Below, one piece after another: positions 30,068-40,354 of a stretch of 64,000 nucleotides of DNA. The stretch's first letter is position 1. Each line of letters begins with the position of its first letter. This stretch comes from an uncultured Acidobacteriota bacterium (GTDB taxonomy: Bacteria; Acidobacteriota; Thermoanaerobaculia; UBA5066): positions 64,001-128,000 of the forward strand of contig CAVZYA010000002.1 in NCBI GenBank assembly GCA_963779415.1. Direction: 5' to 3'. The position numbers and the translations under genes were made by a program. Below the pieces are notes generated by a model. The model saw only the letters and a program-made list of their open reading frames with translations. It searched no databases and was not told the DNA's origin.

Positions 30068-31621
30068 ATGGCCGAAGACGCGAAGAGGGCGAGCCCATAC
30101 CTCATCGCCTTCACCTCCATGCTCGGCACCCTGATGGAGGTCGTGGACACCTCCGTGGCCAACGTGTCCCTCCCGCACATGCAGGGGACCTTCTCGGCCG
30201 GCGTGGACGAGATCACATGGGTCATCACGTCGTACCTCGTCGCCAACGCCGTCATCCTGCCGATCACCGGCTGGCTCGCGAACTATTTCGGCCGCCGGCG
30301 CTTCTACCTGACGTGCCTCGGCGTCTTCACCTTCGCCTCGCTCGGCTCCGGCGCCGCCCCGTCGCTCCCCTTCCTCGTCGTCATGCGGGTCATCCAGGGG
30401 TTCGCCGGCGGGGCGATGGTGCCGATGTCGCAGGCGATCCTCCTCGAAGCCTTCCCCCCGGAGGAGCGCGGCAAGGCGATGGCGATGTTCGGGGTGGGGG
30501 TCGTCTTCGGCCCGATCATCGGCCCGACGCTGGGGGGATGGATCACGGACAACTGGGGCTGGCCCTGGGTCTTCTACATCAACATCCCGGTCGGCATCCT
30601 CGGGATCGTCCTCGGCCTGATGCACATCACCGAGCCGTCGCACCTGAAGCGCCCGGAGGGGCGCGTGGACTTCATGAGCTTCGTCTTCATCTGCATCGGC
30701 CTCGGGAGCCTCGAGGTCGTCCTGAACCGGGGCCAGCGCTACGACTGGTTCGAGAGCCGTTTCATCAGCCTCTTCGCCCTCGCCTCAGTGACCGGGATCG
30801 CGCTCTTCGTCTGGCGATCCTTCACGGCCGAGCGCCCGCTCGTCGACCTGCACGTCTTCAACGACCGGGCCTTCGCCTCCGGGACGATCCTGATGTTCCT
30901 CCTGGGCTTCGGGCTTTTCGGCGCGTTCACGATGCTCCCGCTCTTCACCCAGACGATGCTCGGCTACACCGCGACGTGGGCAGGGCTCGTCCTTTCGCCC
31001 GGGGGGATCGCCTCTCTCTGCGCGATGGTCATCGTGGCGAACCTGATCGGCAGGATCGACACGCGGCTTCTCGTCCTCGTCGGGGCGCTCCTGAACCTCT
31101 ACGCCCTCTGGCTCCTCCGCGGGATCGATCTGAACGTCGGCTTTGAGTACGTCATGTTTTCCCGTCTCGTGCAGGGATTCGGCCTCGGCTTCCTCTTCGT
31201 CCCGATCTCGACGGCGGCGTTTTCGCACCTCTCCCCCCAGAAGATGGGTCAGGCCACCGGCCTCTTCAACCTCCTCCGGAACGAAGGGGGCTCGGTCGGC
31301 ATCGCCGTTTCAGCCACCGTCCTCGCCCGGCACTCGCAGATCCACCACGCGCGCCTCGGCGAGCACGTCTCCGCCTTCAGCCCCGTCCTCCAGGAGCGCC
31401 TCTCGGCGACGGCGCATGGGCTCTTCGCCATCTCGGGCCTCGACCCCGAATCCGCCCGCTCGCTCGGGCTGGGGCTCCTCGAAGGGAACCTCACGCGGCA
31501 GGCCGTCGCGAAGGCCTACGTCGACGTCTTCTGGATGCTGATGTTCGCCTTCGTCGTCTTCCTGCCTTTCATCCTGATGCTCTCCCCCGGAATCCGGAAG
31601 GGAGCCGCTCCCGCGCACTGA
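30068..31621 (+). CDS. emrB: EmrB/QacA DHA2 MFS efflux transporter
   Basis: DTSVANVSLP, WVITSYL, FYINIPVG; multiple TM helices. Confidence 0.93.
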   Translation: MAEDAKRASPYLIAFTSMLGTLMEVVDTSVANVSLPHMQGTFSAGVDEITWVITSYLVANAVILPITGWLANYFGRRRFYLTCLGVFTFASLGSGAAPSLPFLVVMRVIQGFAGGAMVPMSQAILLEAFPPEERGKAMAMFGVGVVFGPIIGPTLGGWITDNWGWPWVFYINIPVGILGIVLGLMHITEPSHLKRPEGRVDFMSFVFICIGLGSLEVVLNRGQRYDWFESRFISLFALASVTGIALFVWRSFTAERPLVDLHVFNDRAFASGTILMFLLGFGLFGAFTMLPLFTQTMLGYTATWAGLVLSPGGIASLCAMVIVANLIGRIDTRLLVLVGALLNLYALWLLRGIDLNVGFEYVMFSRLVQGFGLGFLFVPISTAAFSHLSPQKMGQATGLFNLLRNEGGSVGIAVSATVLARHSQIHHARLGEHVSAFSPVLQERLSATAHGLFAISGLDPESARSLGLGLLEGNLTRQAVAKAYVDVFWMLMFAFVVFLPFILMLSPGIRKGAAPAH

Positions 31622-31640
31622 GCCCGCCGGGCCGCCCGCG

Positions 31641-32690
31641 TCACCAGGGGTTGGTGACGTGGCAGAAGGCGCCGTTCTTATCGATGTAGTCCTGGTGGTA
31701 CTCCTCGGCCGGGTAAAAGGTCTTCGCCGGCTCGACGAGCGTGACGATCTTTCCCGGATAGCGCTTCAGCTCCGTCTGCTCGCGGATGAAGGCCCTGGCC
31801 TCGTGCTCCTGCGCCTCGTTGGCCGTCCAGATTCCGGAACGGTACTGCGAGCCGATGTCGGGTCCCTGTCCCCCGACCTGCGTCGGGTCGTGCATCCTGA
31901 AGAAGGCCTCGAGGAGGCGGCGGTAGGTGATCCGGCTCGGGTCGAAGACGACCTTGACGGTCTCGGCGTGTCCCGTCCTGTCGGTGCAGACCTGCTTGTA
32001 CGTGGGATTCGGCGTGGTCCCCTGCATGTAGCCCGAGACGGCGTCGAGGACGCCGGGGCCCCTCTTGAAGTAGTGCTGGATCCCCCAGAAGCAGCCGCCG
32101 GCGAAGTAGGCGACCTCGGTCTTCACGGGCGCGCTCTCGGGCGGGACGGGCGCCCCCTTCTCGAGGAACTTCAGGGAGGCCGAATTGAGGCAGAAGCGCT
32201 CCCCCGTGGGACGCGGGCCGTCGTCGAAGACGTGGCCGAGGTGGGCGCCGCAGCGGGCGCACTCGATCTCCACCCTCTTCATCCCGAAGCTCCGGTCCTC
32301 CTTCCGGACGACGTGGGCCGGGTCGAACGGCCGAGTGAAGCTGGGCCAGCCGGTGCCGGAATTGAACTTGTGGGCGCTGGCGAAGAGCGGCAGGCCGCAG
32401 ACGACGCAGACGTAGACGCCGTCCTTGTGGTTGTCGAGGAGGTTGCCGCAGAACGCGGGCTCGGTGTCGGCCTTCTGCGTGATCCGGTACTCCTCGGGAG
32501 TCAGCTTCGCGGCGAGCTTCGCCACGTCTCCCGGGGGGAGCGGGGTGATGTCGTAGCCGGAAGCCGAGTAGACGGGGGCCATGCTCTTCCCTTTCTCGGT
32601 GGACTTCGCGGTTTCCTTCGACTCCGCACGCGAGCAGGCGGCGACGACGAGGGCGAGGAGGAGGGCGGTGGATAATGAAAAGCGTCTCAC
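31641..32690 (-). CDS. msrAB: Exported bifunctional methionine sulfoxide reductase (MsrB then MsrA)
   Basis: Lipoprotein-like signal (VVAAC); SGTGWPSF, HLGHVF.DGP, RFCLNS; GGCFWG, FYPAEEYHQDY. Confidence 0.93.
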   Translation of the reverse strand: MRRFSLSTALLLALVVAACSRAESKETAKSTEKGKSMAPVYSASGYDITPLPPGDVAKLAAKLTPEEYRITQKADTEPAFCGNLLDNHKDGVYVCVVCGLPLFASAHKFNSGTGWPSFTRPFDPAHVVRKEDRSFGMKRVEIECARCGAHLGHVFDDGPRPTGERFCLNSASLKFLEKGAPVPPESAPVKTEVAYFAGGCFWGIQHYFKRGPGVLDAVSGYMQGTTPNPTYKQVCTDRTGHAETVKVVFDPSRITYRRLLEAFFRMHDPTQVGGQGPDIGSQYRSGIWTANEAQEHEARAFIREQTELKRYPGKIVTLVEPAKTFYPAEEYHQDYIDKNGAFCHVTNPW

Positions 32691-32695
32691 GGACT

Positions 32696-32725
32696 CTTCT
32701 ATGCCGGTCGCGGCGTGGGGGTCTC
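32696..32725 (-). promoter_or_regulatory. ECF promoter of the msr gene: GAGACC-N16-CATAGAAG
   Basis: Same -10 element and spacing as the promoter of the sigma gene. Confidence 0.55.
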
Positions 32726-32729
32726 GCTC

Positions 32730-33419
32730 CTACCGGCCGAGCCGGGCGGACATGAAGGCGCGTTCCCGCCGCTCCCACGTGAGACCGGCCGCCAGACCGG
32801 CCAGCAAGAGAACTACGACGGCGCCGACGTGCCAGATGAGGACGTGTCTCAGGTCGGTGATGTCGCAGTGGAGGCGGTAGACCCCCTCGGCCATGACGCC
32901 GCAGCCAACCCCGGAGAGAAGGCCCGCGACCGCCGCGCGGAGCGGCTCAGCGCGCGCGACGAGGGCCGCGACGAGGATGAGGGCCGACATTCCGAAAAGC
33001 AGGGTCGCCAGGAAGCAGGCGGGACCGTGGCGGGTCCACGGGTCGGGGAGCTCGATGCCGGCGCTCCCCCGGCGCGAGAGGATCGCCTGCGCGGCGAGGG
33101 CCGCGAGCGCCGCGCCGATCGCGAGGAGGGAGAGCCCCGTTCCCACGCCGCGCCCCGGGACGGCCGCGGCGAGGGCGAGGGCGACGAGGACGACCCCGGC
33201 CGCGCTCTGGACGAAGACCGGGCCCCAGGTCAGGACGGGGCCAAGTTGTTCCGCATCGCCTCGAATGCCGAGGAATGCGAGAAGGACCAGGAGAGCTCCT
33301 GCCGCCCAGACGGCGGCCGCGAGCGCGCGGGTGAGAGGAGGACCGAGACGCCGAACGGGCGTCGTATCGGCCGCGACGGCGCGGCGCAGAGCCTCGGAGA
33401 GAGGCGGCGGACCGGCCAT
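32730..33419 (-). CDS. NrsF/DUF1109-type membrane anti-sigma factor
   Basis: About 6 TM helices, AVPGR, conserved Cys (GPAC, LHC..TD..HV..WH); directly downstream of the ECF gene. Confidence 0.85.
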   Translation of the reverse strand: MAGPPPLSEALRRAVAADTTPVRRLGPPLTRALAAAVWAAGALLVLLAFLGIRGDAEQLGPVLTWGPVFVQSAAGVVLVALALAAAVPGRGVGTGLSLLAIGAALAALAAQAILSRRGSAGIELPDPWTRHGPACFLATLLFGMSALILVAALVARAEPLRAAVAGLLSGVGCGVMAEGVYRLHCDITDLRHVLIWHVGAVVVLLLAGLAAGLTWERRERAFMSARLGR

Positions 33420-33422
33420 CGG

Positions 33423-33980
33423 TCAGCCCTTCTCCCGGGCGAAGAGCGTCCGCAGCTCCACGATGCCGCGGTGGGCGCGGAGCTTCGCCGCGAGCGCCGT
33501 CGTCCCCTGCACCTCTCCCACCTCGCGGAAGGAGAGCCCTTCGACGTGGTGGAGGAGGAGCGCCTCGCGCTGCGTCTCCGGAAGGCGGGCGAGGGCGCGA
33601 CGGACGAAGTCCCGCGTGCCGAGACCCTCGGCTTCGGCCGGGATCGGAATGTCGGGCAATTCGTCGCCCGCAGGTCCTTCGTGCCGCTCCAGCCGCCCGG
33701 CGCCACGCCGCCACATCAGGAAGACGTTGTGCGCGATGGCGTAGATCCACGCCTTCGCGGAGCGGGAGGGGTCGTAGGTGCGTCGTGCCCGGTGGACGCG
33801 AAAGAAGGTCTCCTGCAGAAGATCGTCGGCTCGCGCGCCGTCGCGCGTCAAGGAGTGGAGGTAGCCGTGGAGCGGCCCCGAAAGCTTCGTGTAGAGGGAT
33901 TCGAATGCCATGGAGTCACCGGCCTGGTAGGCGGCCATCAGCTCGCTGAGAGTCGAATTCAGTTCGCTTCTGTCGTCCAC
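33423..33980 (-). CDS. ECF RNA polymerase sigma factor (SigF/EcfF-like)
   Basis: AYQAGD..AF..LY, DDLLQETF, WIYAIAHN, EGLSFREV. Confidence 0.92.
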   Translation of the reverse strand: MDDRSELNSTLSELMAAYQAGDSMAFESLYTKLSGPLHGYLHSLTRDGARADDLLQETFFRVHRARRTYDPSRSAKAWIYAIAHNVFLMWRRGAGRLERHEGPAGDELPDIPIPAEAEGLGTRDFVRRALARLPETQREALLLHHVEGLSFREVGEVQGTTALAAKLRAHRGIVELRTLFAREKG

Positions 33981-33990
33981 CCGCTCGGTC

Positions 33991-34020
33991 CTTCTATGCC
34001 CCGGAGGGCCTGCGGGTTAC
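33991..34020 (-). promoter_or_regulatory. Autoregulated ECF promoter GTAACC-N16-CATAGAAG
   Basis: GTAACC is the -35 described for SigF/NrsF-type ECF factors. Confidence 0.65.
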
Positions 34021-34204
34021 GCGCCGCCGCGTGGCCGGCCGCCCCCCGACGGTTGACGGGATCCTATCCGGTCGGGGTCCTCTCCGGTACGAACGTCTCA
34101 TGGACTTTTCCCCCGGGGAGGCGTGGGATGCGATCGGGCCATTGCCCGGCGGGCGGGAGTTCCGGAGGGCGCGGCCGAGTGACGAGCGAAAGGACGGAGC
34201 CATC

Positions 34205-35350
34205 ATGGCCTTGACCCCGATGCAGGACAAGAAAGCCGACCTCGCGGGACCGGGGATCGGAACGTACGAGGATCTCGAGAAGGTCCTCCCGAACGACTAC
34301 AGGCCGCTCCTCTCGAAGAAGGAGACGCAGAAGGCCATCACCGCGATCAAGCGCAACATCGAGGACGGGCTCTGCCGCGAGCTGAACCTGATCCGGGTGG
34401 AGGTGCCCCTCATCGTCGACGCCGAGAGCGGCGTGAACGACTGGTTGGACCGCGACGGATCGCGCGGTCCGGTCTGCTTCCGGATCACGAACGACCACGG
34501 AAAGAACCCGATCGACGCGCAGGTCGTCCAGGCCGCCACGAAGTGGAAGAGGGTGGCCCTCGCGCAGTTCGGCATGGAGACGGGCGAGGGGCTCGTGACC
34601 GACATGCGGGCCGTCCGGAAGGACTATTTCCTCGACCACGACCACAGCGCCTACGTCGACCAGTGGGACTGGGAGAAGGTCATCACCGCGAAGGAGCGGA
34701 ACCTCGACACCCTGACGAAGACCGTGGAAGGGATCTGGAAGGTCCTCAAGGGAGCCGAGGAGTTCGCGCGGGACCTCTTTCCCGGACTCAGGAAGTCAAA
34801 GCATCCGCGAATCCCCGACAAGTTGACCTTCATTCACGCCGAGGAGATCCTGGAGAAGTACCCCGACCTCCCGCGCAAGAAGCGCGAGACGGCGATCCTG
34901 CAGGAATACCCGGCCGTCTTCATCTACGGCATCGGCTGGACGCTGAAGGACGGATATCCCCACGAGATGCGCGCGGCCGACTACGACGACTGGGTCACCG
35001 AGACCCGGTCGAAGGACGGCAAGCCGATGCACGGCCTCAACGGGGACATCCTCGTCTGGAACCCCGTGACGAAGCGGCGTCACGAGCTGTCGTCGATGGG
35101 GGTCCGCGTCAACGCGGAGACGCTGAAGAAGCAGCTGGAGATGACGAACCAGATGCACTTCCTGAAGTTCCCCTACCACCAGGGGATCGTGAACGGAACG
35201 CTCCCCCTGTCGATCGGGGGCGGCATCGGCCAGTCCCGGACGCTGATGTACCTCCTCCAGACTGCGCATCTCGGCGAGGTCTCGGTCACGGTCTGGCCGA
35301 AGGTCCTCAAGGAGATGTGCGCCAGGCGCAACATCCACGTCATCGAGTAG
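34205..35350 (+). CDS. asnA: Aspartate--ammonia ligase
   Basis: KWKR, HSAYVDQWDWEK, RAADYDDW, LNGDI, ELSSMG.RV, SIGGGIGQSR. Confidence 0.95.
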   Translation: MALTPMQDKKADLAGPGIGTYEDLEKVLPNDYRPLLSKKETQKAITAIKRNIEDGLCRELNLIRVEVPLIVDAESGVNDWLDRDGSRGPVCFRITNDHGKNPIDAQVVQAATKWKRVALAQFGMETGEGLVTDMRAVRKDYFLDHDHSAYVDQWDWEKVITAKERNLDTLTKTVEGIWKVLKGAEEFARDLFPGLRKSKHPRIPDKLTFIHAEEILEKYPDLPRKKRETAILQEYPAVFIYGIGWTLKDGYPHEMRAADYDDWVTETRSKDGKPMHGLNGDILVWNPVTKRRHELSSMGVRVNAETLKKQLEMTNQMHFLKFPYHQGIVNGTLPLSIGGGIGQSRTLMYLLQTAHLGEVSVTVWPKVLKEMCARRNIHVIE

Positions 35351-35360
35351 ACGGGAGAGT

Positions 35361-36467
35361 TCACCCGGCGCGGAGGGTGACGAGGAGGATCTCGCTCGGA
35401 CGGAAGAGGCGCATCCGCGGGCCCCACGTCCCGGTGCCGCGGCAGACGAGAACGGTCATTCCGCCGACCTCGAAGCGCCCTTCGAGAAGCGGGTACTGGA
35501 TCGCCGCGAGATGGCCGAAAGGCCAGATCTGTCCGGCGTGTGTGTGGCCCGAGAGCATGAGGCCGGCGCCGAGACGTGCCGCCTCCTCCGCCTTCCACGG
35601 CGTGTGTGACAGAAAGACCGTCGCCCCCGCCGGCCGCCCTTCGAGCGCCCGCTTCACGGGCGTACTGTCCAACCCGTACTGCCGGCGTGCCGTCAGGTCG
35701 TCCACCCCCGCGAAGACGAGCCCCGGCCGCACCTCGACCGCCCGGTCGCGAAGGACGGTGAATCCGGCCCCTTCGAGGATCCGCACGCTCTCCTCGAGGC
35801 CGGCGTAGTACTCGTGGTTCCCCGTCACGGCGAAGGAGCCGAGCGGCGCCGAAAAACGGGAAAGGAGCGGCCCGAAGTCGGCTTCCCGGCGGCTGTCCCC
35901 TTCCAGGATGTCGCCGCAAAGAACGACGAGGTCGGGCTTCAGGGCATTCACCTGCTCGATCCGCGCCTCAAGCCAGCTCTTCCCGAGAAGCGTTCCGACG
36001 TGAAGGTCGGAAAGAACGGCCAGCGTCGTCCCCTCCCGCTCCGGCGGAAGCCCTTTCAGCCGGACCTCGTAATCCCGGACGACCGGGGGCCGGAGCGCCT
36101 GCACGACGGCGACGAGCGACAGGGCGCCGGCGACGAGAAGGGCGGCGCCGCGGAGCGCGAGCACCTTCTCGCGGAAGAAGAAGCCGAAGCCGGTCGCGAC
36201 GTCGACCGCGAGAAGCGCCACGAAAGCGAGGAAGACGACCCCCATCCAGTTCGCGCCGAGAAGTTCCAGCGGCGAGACGAGAAACGCCGGCGCGACGCGG
36301 TAGAGAAGCCGGGCGAGGATGTAGCTCGATGCGAGGAAGACGGCCAGCACAACATAGGACCATCGCGGGAGGCTCCGCGAGATCGCCGGCACCGACGCCG
36401 CCCGCCAGAAGACGTAGGCGTTCACACCGACCCAGATCGTGATGAAGATCGCGAAGAACACCGTCAT
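35361..36467 (-). CDS. Membrane-anchored metallophosphoesterase (YkuE-like)
   Basis: N-terminal TMs; DLH, GD, GNHE, LSHTP, GHTHAGQ. Confidence 0.92.
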   Translation of the reverse strand: MTVFFAIFITIWVGVNAYVFWRAASVPAISRSLPRWSYVVLAVFLASSYILARLLYRVAPAFLVSPLELLGANWMGVVFLAFVALLAVDVATGFGFFFREKVLALRGAALLVAGALSLVAVVQALRPPVVRDYEVRLKGLPPEREGTTLAVLSDLHVGTLLGKSWLEARIEQVNALKPDLVVLCGDILEGDSRREADFGPLLSRFSAPLGSFAVTGNHEYYAGLEESVRILEGAGFTVLRDRAVEVRPGLVFAGVDDLTARRQYGLDSTPVKRALEGRPAGATVFLSHTPWKAEEAARLGAGLMLSGHTHAGQIWPFGHLAAIQYPLLEGRFEVGGMTVLVCRGTGTWGPRMRLFRPSEILLVTLRAG

Positions 36468-36537
36468 TCTCCCGACGCCCGTGCGCGCCATTCAGGGAGA
36501 ACGATAACCGCTGTCGGGCGCGAACGCGCCCCGGAAG

Positions 36538-37080
36538 TCACTTCGCCTTGGTCGACTTTCCTTCTGCCAGCGTCATCCAGTTTTCCTTGTCGTCCGCCAT
36601 CTCCCACTTGAAGGTGTACTCGGTCGGCGAGGTCTCGATGCTGATCCACCGGCTCTTGATGATCTTTTCCTTCATCTTGGTGGTGGTGGTGTACGTCCAG
36701 ACGTTGCCCTTCAGCGTGCCGTCCCCCCCGAAGCCCATGCCCCTGTTGTCCGCGCCGTAGTACGTGTAGATCTTGTTCTCGGCGTCGTAGCCCATCAGTC
36801 CGATCCCCTTCGTGCTCCCCACGGGGTCCTTCCCTTCGCCTGTGCATTTCAGGAAGAAGCCGTCCAGGACCCACTCGCAGCTGTCCTTCGACGAGAACTT
36901 GCCGGCCGGGCCGAAGGGGTTTTCCTTCTGCTGGCCCTCGGTGATCCATTTTCCTTCGAAGTAGGAGAGCCGCTTGAGTTCCGGGCCGGGCTTCGGAGGT
37001 CCGGCCGGTGACTGAGCCAGCGCCGTGGAGGCCGCCGCGAAAAGGGCCAGAAGGCCGAGGGTGCCGATTCGTAATCTCAT
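36538..37080 (-). CDS. Secreted DUF1579-like protein
   Basis: Signal peptide; PGPELKRL..FEGKW; W.LDGFFL; GYD. Confidence 0.75.
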   Translation of the reverse strand: MRLRIGTLGLLALFAAASTALAQSPAGPPKPGPELKRLSYFEGKWITEGQQKENPFGPAGKFSSKDSCEWVLDGFFLKCTGEGKDPVGSTKGIGLMGYDAENKIYTYYGADNRGMGFGGDGTLKGNVWTYTTTTKMKEKIIKSRWISIETSPTEYTFKWEMADDKENWMTLAEGKSTKAK

Positions 37081-37179
37081 GGGTTTCTCCTTACCTGACG
37101 AAGATTCTAGTCCGCGAGGGACGAAGGCGTCCCCGGGCTAGAGCGTGCTCACGCGGTTGTCAGGATCGGTCCGCCGTGA

Positions 37180-37345
37180 CCCGCCCTGACGAGGCAGAAG
37201 ATCGCCGACCTCGCCGCCACGACGGTCGAGACGGCCATCCGCGTCATGAGCCGCTGGAGAAAGGACGGGCTCGTCGAGACGCGTGAGGACGGTTTCTTCG
37301 TTCCCAACGTTGAAGGGCTGAAGAAACACGTGGCCGCCAATGGAG
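37180..37345 (+). pseudogene. Crp/Fnr family HTH C-terminal remnant
   Basis: LTRQKIADLAATTVETAIRVMSRWRKDGLV, preceded directly by an in-frame TGA (37177-37179); no sensor domain. Confidence 0.7.
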
Positions 37346-38436
37346 CGGTCGGGCGGCACGCTCCCCCGCCGTCTGGGATGACGGCCACCAGCCGAGCGAC
37401 ACGAGCTGGCGTGCCACCTCGTCGGCGACGACGGCATTTCCCGCGGCGTTGTAATGGCCGTCGGGACGGAACCAGGTGCCGGCGAGCGTCCGGGCGCCGC
37501 TTTCCTGCCGCGTGAGAAAGGCGTTCTCGAGGTCGGCGAAGGCCCAGCCTCCAGCGCGGGCGGCCTCGCGGAGACGCCCCGCCCAGCCGTCGGGGTCGCC
37601 CTGCCGGAGAGGTAGGAAGACGACCAGGAAGTGCCCGCCCTTTTCGCGCACGAGACGGGCGAGCGCCTCGACGACGTGGATCGGGACGGACGGATCGGCG
37701 GGAGAGGCCTCGCGGTGGACGAGGCGTGTGGCCAGGAATCGGACGAAGCCCCAGGACCCGGTGAGCGGCTTTCCAGGCGGGATGCGGGGCGGCACCGGCA
37801 CGTTCGTCAGAACGAGAGCGTTGCCCGTCCACCGGAAGAGCGGGCGACCGTGCCCGCTGACCCACCGGTCGAGCGTCGCCCGCCGCATATCCTCGCCGAT
37901 TACGGCGAGGACCACGACGTCGGCCGCCAGTTTCGCGCCGTCCTCGCGGTACCAGAGATACATCTGGTCGACGCCGTAGGCGGACGCCCCCATGTTCACG
38001 ACCTCGGACGCGGAGAGGCGCGCCTCGAGAAGCGCGGGCCAGGTCTCGTCGGTCTGGACGTTTCCGAACGTGAAGGAATCGCCGAGCGCGATGACGCGAC
38101 GCTTCCCGGGCGGGACGGTGGGGGTGATGTCGTGGTCGCCGCGGAACCCGTTGGCATTGATCGTCCAGACGACGTCCCCCCCGAGGATCGGCATCGGTAC
38201 GGAACGCCCGGCACATGCTTCTATCCGAGCAGCGGGTCGTCGGCGTTGATCGGATCCTCGAGGACGCGGATGGCGATCCCGGTCTGCGCCGAGTAGACCT
38301 TCCACGGCCGCCACGTGAGGGCCGTTTCGCGCACGAGCCACGCGGCCGCGAGGCCCAGCCCGATCCAGACTCCGCCGATCAGAATCCGCCCGATGCGCCG
38401 GGCGGTCGGCAAGACGTCGGAGGGCTCGGTCTTCAG
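37244..38436 (-). CDS. SGNH/GDSL hydrolase with N-terminal TM; in-frame TAG at 38221-38223 and frameshift ~38205; both ends uncertain
   Basis: DPLLG*KHVPG, INANGFRG, LGDSFTFG, NMGASAYGVDQ, DGHYNAAGN. Confidence 0.8.
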
Positions 38437-40326
38437 CGCCCCTCTCTCGCCTCGCACGAGCACCACGCATAGACGCTGTTCGGATCGTTGAAGGCGAGGA
38501 ACCTCGCCGTCTCGCCAAGCCGGTCGAGAACGGCCCGGACGGCAGGGGAAACCGGCGCCGCCTCCGGTTCCCCGGCCTCGAATCCGAAGGCCCGGGCGAA
38601 GCGCGCGCGGGCGTCCAGGAGCTGGGAGAGGAGCTTTTCGCGGAAGGTGAGTTCCTTCTCGACGTACCAGACGCGGTACTTCCCTTCCGTGAGCTTCGCC
38701 CTCTTCGCGGCGGAGGCGATCGCGTCCGGACAAGCCACCCGCCTTGTCGACCAGCTTCAACTCGATGGCGTCGGCGCCGCTCCAGACCCGCCCCCGGGCG
38801 ATCCGGTCGACGTCCTCTTTCGACATCTTTCGCGCCTCCGCCACCCTTTCGAGGAAGTCCTCGTAGCCGCGGTTGATGGAGAGCTGGATCATCCGCCCCA
38901 CCTCGGGGTCGAGCGCGCGGTCGGGGCGAAGGGCTCCCGAGAGCCACGTCGTCCCGACACCGTCGACGCGCATGCCGAGGTATTTCGCCATCGGCTTCTC
39001 CACGGTCGGGAACATCCCGAAGATGCCGATCGAGCCGGTGATCGTGTCGGGGCTGGCGAAGATCTCGTCGCTCGCCGTGGAGATCCAGTAGCCCCCCGAG
39101 GCCGCGACGCTTCCCATGGAGACGACGACAGGCTTCTTGTCGACCGTCCGCGCGAGGGAGAGTTCCCGCCGGATCACCTCCGATCCGAAGACGCTTCCGC
39201 CGGGGCTGTCGACGCGAAGAACGATCGCCTTCACCCTGTCGTCCTGACGCGCCTTCCGGACGAGGGCGGCCGTCGACTCGCCGCCGATCGTTCCGGGCGG
39301 CTGTTTCCCGTCGAGGATGTCGCCGACCGCCAGGATGACCGCGACGGCGTCGCCGCTCCCCCTCTCCCCGGTCCGGTCGCCCCCCCGGTTCTCGAGGTAG
39401 TCGGCCACGGAGACCTGCTTGAAGGTCTTTTCGTCCTTCTCCTCTCCGACCAGAGTGATCATCCGTTTCCGGACTTCGTCGCGGTAGCCGAGCCGGTCGA
39501 CGAGCTTCGCCTCGAGAGCCATCGTCGCGAGGCTCCCCTTCGCGGCCTCGAGCCGCGCGGGCATCTGGTCGATGGAGGCGCGAATCTCGTCCGGCGAGAG
39601 CTTTCGCGCGGAAGCGGCGTCCTTCACCCACGAGCCCCAGAGATCCGAGAGCCACTTGAGGTCGGCCTCGCGCGATTCCGGGGACGGCTCGTTCCGCGTG
39701 AAGGGCTCGACGTACGACTTGTACTCACCGACGCGGAAGACGTGCCAGTCGATGCCGAGCCGGTCGATGGCGTCCTTGTAGTAGGTCCGCCACCGCCCGA
39801 AGCCTTCGAGAAGGACCGCCCCTTCCGGATGGAGCCAGACTTCGTCCGCCGCGGCCGCGACGCCATAGGATCCCTGGAGGTACCCCTCGCCGTAGGCGAT
39901 CACCTTCTTTCCGCTCTTCTTGAAATCGAGGAGCGCCGCGCGCAGCTCCTCGATCTTCGTCAGCCCGCCCCCCGTCATCGAGCTGACGTCGAGGAAGATG
40001 GCGCCGATCCGCTTGTCCTCCTTCGCGAACCTGACCGCGTCGAGAAGGTCCCTGAGGAGCGTCTGCCGCCCCGAATCCCCGAGGAGCGCGGCCTCGACCA
40101 CGTTGTCCGGCGAGACACGCGAAAGCTGCTCGACGAGGGTTCCCTGAGGTCTCACGACGAGGGCCGCCCCTTTCGGCACTTTCGGACGCCCGGCGATCGC
40201 CACCCAGACGAGCCAGACGACGAGAGCCAGAAAAAGGATGTTGACGACGAAACGACGGGACTGGTCGACGGCGGTCCCGAGGCCGGAGAGGAACCCGGCC
40301 ACCCGGGAGCGCTTGCGGTCTTCCAT
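38433..40326 (-). CDS. sppA: Signal peptide peptidase SppA (67K type); frameshift ~38735
   Basis: VGEYKS, LRVDSPGGS, SMGSVAASGGY, TGSIGIFG, GRVWSG; C-terminus in ORF 38433..38738. Confidence 0.92.
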
Positions 40327-40354
40327 CAGAAGCTCCTTCGCCGGCCGCGCGGGT

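Noticed and set aside
27665-31621. TolC-EmrA-EmrB operon as a novel system
   Set aside because: It is a canonical tripartite MFS efflux operon.
11398-38223. Genome-wide TAG recoding or pyrrolysine
   Set aside because: TAG ends conserved proteins at their natural termini (RtcB ...VKG*, AsnA, CocE, cyclase), and no suppressor tRNA or pyl genes are in the window.
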